Part shown: positions 63,488-64,000 of the stretch, one piece after another
How positions within the stretch are numbered: position 1 is the first letter of the stretch
Layout: every line of letters starts with the position of its first letter
DNA from: Candidatus Bathyarchaeota archaeon
GTDB taxonomy: Archaea; Thermoproteota; Bathyarchaeia; 40CM-2-53-6
Length of the DNA: 64,000 nucleotides
NCBI GenBank assembly: GCA_963845275.1
Contig: CAWJRR010000003.1
Span: 77,634 to 141,633, forward strand
Reading direction: 5' to 3'
Made by a program: the position numbers and the translations under genes
The notes under the pieces: model-generated
Told to the model about the DNA's origin: nothing
What the model saw: the letters and a program-made list of their open reading frames with translations, nothing else
Databases searched by the model: none

Positions 63488-63982
63488 CTACCTGATTATA
63501 GTGACTTCGAGATTCTCAGCAAACTTGAGCCTTTGCCATCGACCGTCAAAGCCGACATTTTTCAAGCTTCTAATCCGAAATAGGTTTTGAGCCGGGTCAG
63601 CTGTCTCATCAAGTTTGAAGTCGATGATGCCATCATGCGCCCCCTCCAGTTGCTGGATGACCCAATTGCTGTGAACGTCTTTCATAATACCGCGAATAGC
63701 AGTTGACTTACGCAGTTTGAAACTTGGAATAAATCGAGTAAGTTCAACCTCCATCATAGCCTTCTCGTCGTTGAATCTATACCATGTGGAAGAGTTGTCA
63801 ATCACTCTCAACCATTCGGGTTGAGGCGTTTCATGCATGTCCTCCTTGGCGACTCTTAGGCTGAGGTCCGCGACCTTTAGAGAATCGTAAGCATATTTCT
63901 CATTCGACTTCTTGCCAAGGCTGGCCGTGTAGAAGTCCCATATGCGCAGCTTATCCTCCTTTTCATATTCTTCAAAATTCAC
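63488..63982 (-). CDS. Hypothetical protein.
   Basis: 164-aa ORF, no motif. Confidence 0.3.
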   Translation of the reverse strand: MNFEEYEKEDKLRIWDFYTASLGKKSNEKYAYDSLKVADLSLRVAKEDMHETPQPEWLRVIDNSSTWYRFNDEKAMMEVELTRFIPSFKLRKSTAIRGIMKDVHSNWVIQQLEGAHDGIIDFKLDETADPAQNLFRIRSLKNVGFDGRWQRLKFAENLEVTIIR

Positions 63983-64000
63983 GCCGAGCCGGGTGAGAAC

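Overview
This window is a moderate-GC archaeal chromosome segment, judged from gene content: CobY/CobZ, S8e, SRP19, ABCE1, Cgi121, a GPN-loop GTPase, SMC-ScpAB, F420-linked enzymes, and three tRNA genes that each appear to carry non-canonical introns. Two blocks are conserved housekeeping. The first (1-6.6 kb) holds pgk, a cobamide nucleotide-loop cluster (cobZ-like, cobS, cobY, cobT) and rpiA. The second (34-51.5 kb) holds a purine PRTase, a t6A cluster (Cgi121, a THUMP protein, TsaC), a plant-type asparaginase, ABCE1, CinA, a GPN GTPase, MTAP, uppS, smc-scpA-scpB, rps8e, srp19 and moeA. Between them (7-32 kb) is an accessory region of secreted and membrane-anchored proteins. Several of these have a cytoplasmic zinc-ribbon tail. 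There are two convergent S53 (sedolisin) peptidase genes, one degraded, and a multiply disrupted SBBP beta-propeller gene. Repeated palindromic elements and duplicated 3' flanks also occur there. An uninterrupted 1150-nt poly-T run at 21946-23095 is almost certainly an assembly or sequencing artefact. The most unusual intact gene is a 903-aa protein with two AAA+ modules fused to a Lon-type protease domain. Its start overlaps the end of a small membrane-protein gene. Many genes show single-base frame shifts (cobS, cobY, GT2, S53, the propeller gene, the scpA start). At least one lesion, an in-frame TAA in the propeller gene, cannot be a homopolymer error. I therefore read the window as a mix of real pseudogenes and probable indel errors, which limits confidence in exact gene boundaries. 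The ORF track uses GTG/TTG as well as ATG starts. No CRISPR array, rRNA or obvious defence or mobile-element genes were found. I did not identify any clearly novel multi-gene system with confidence.
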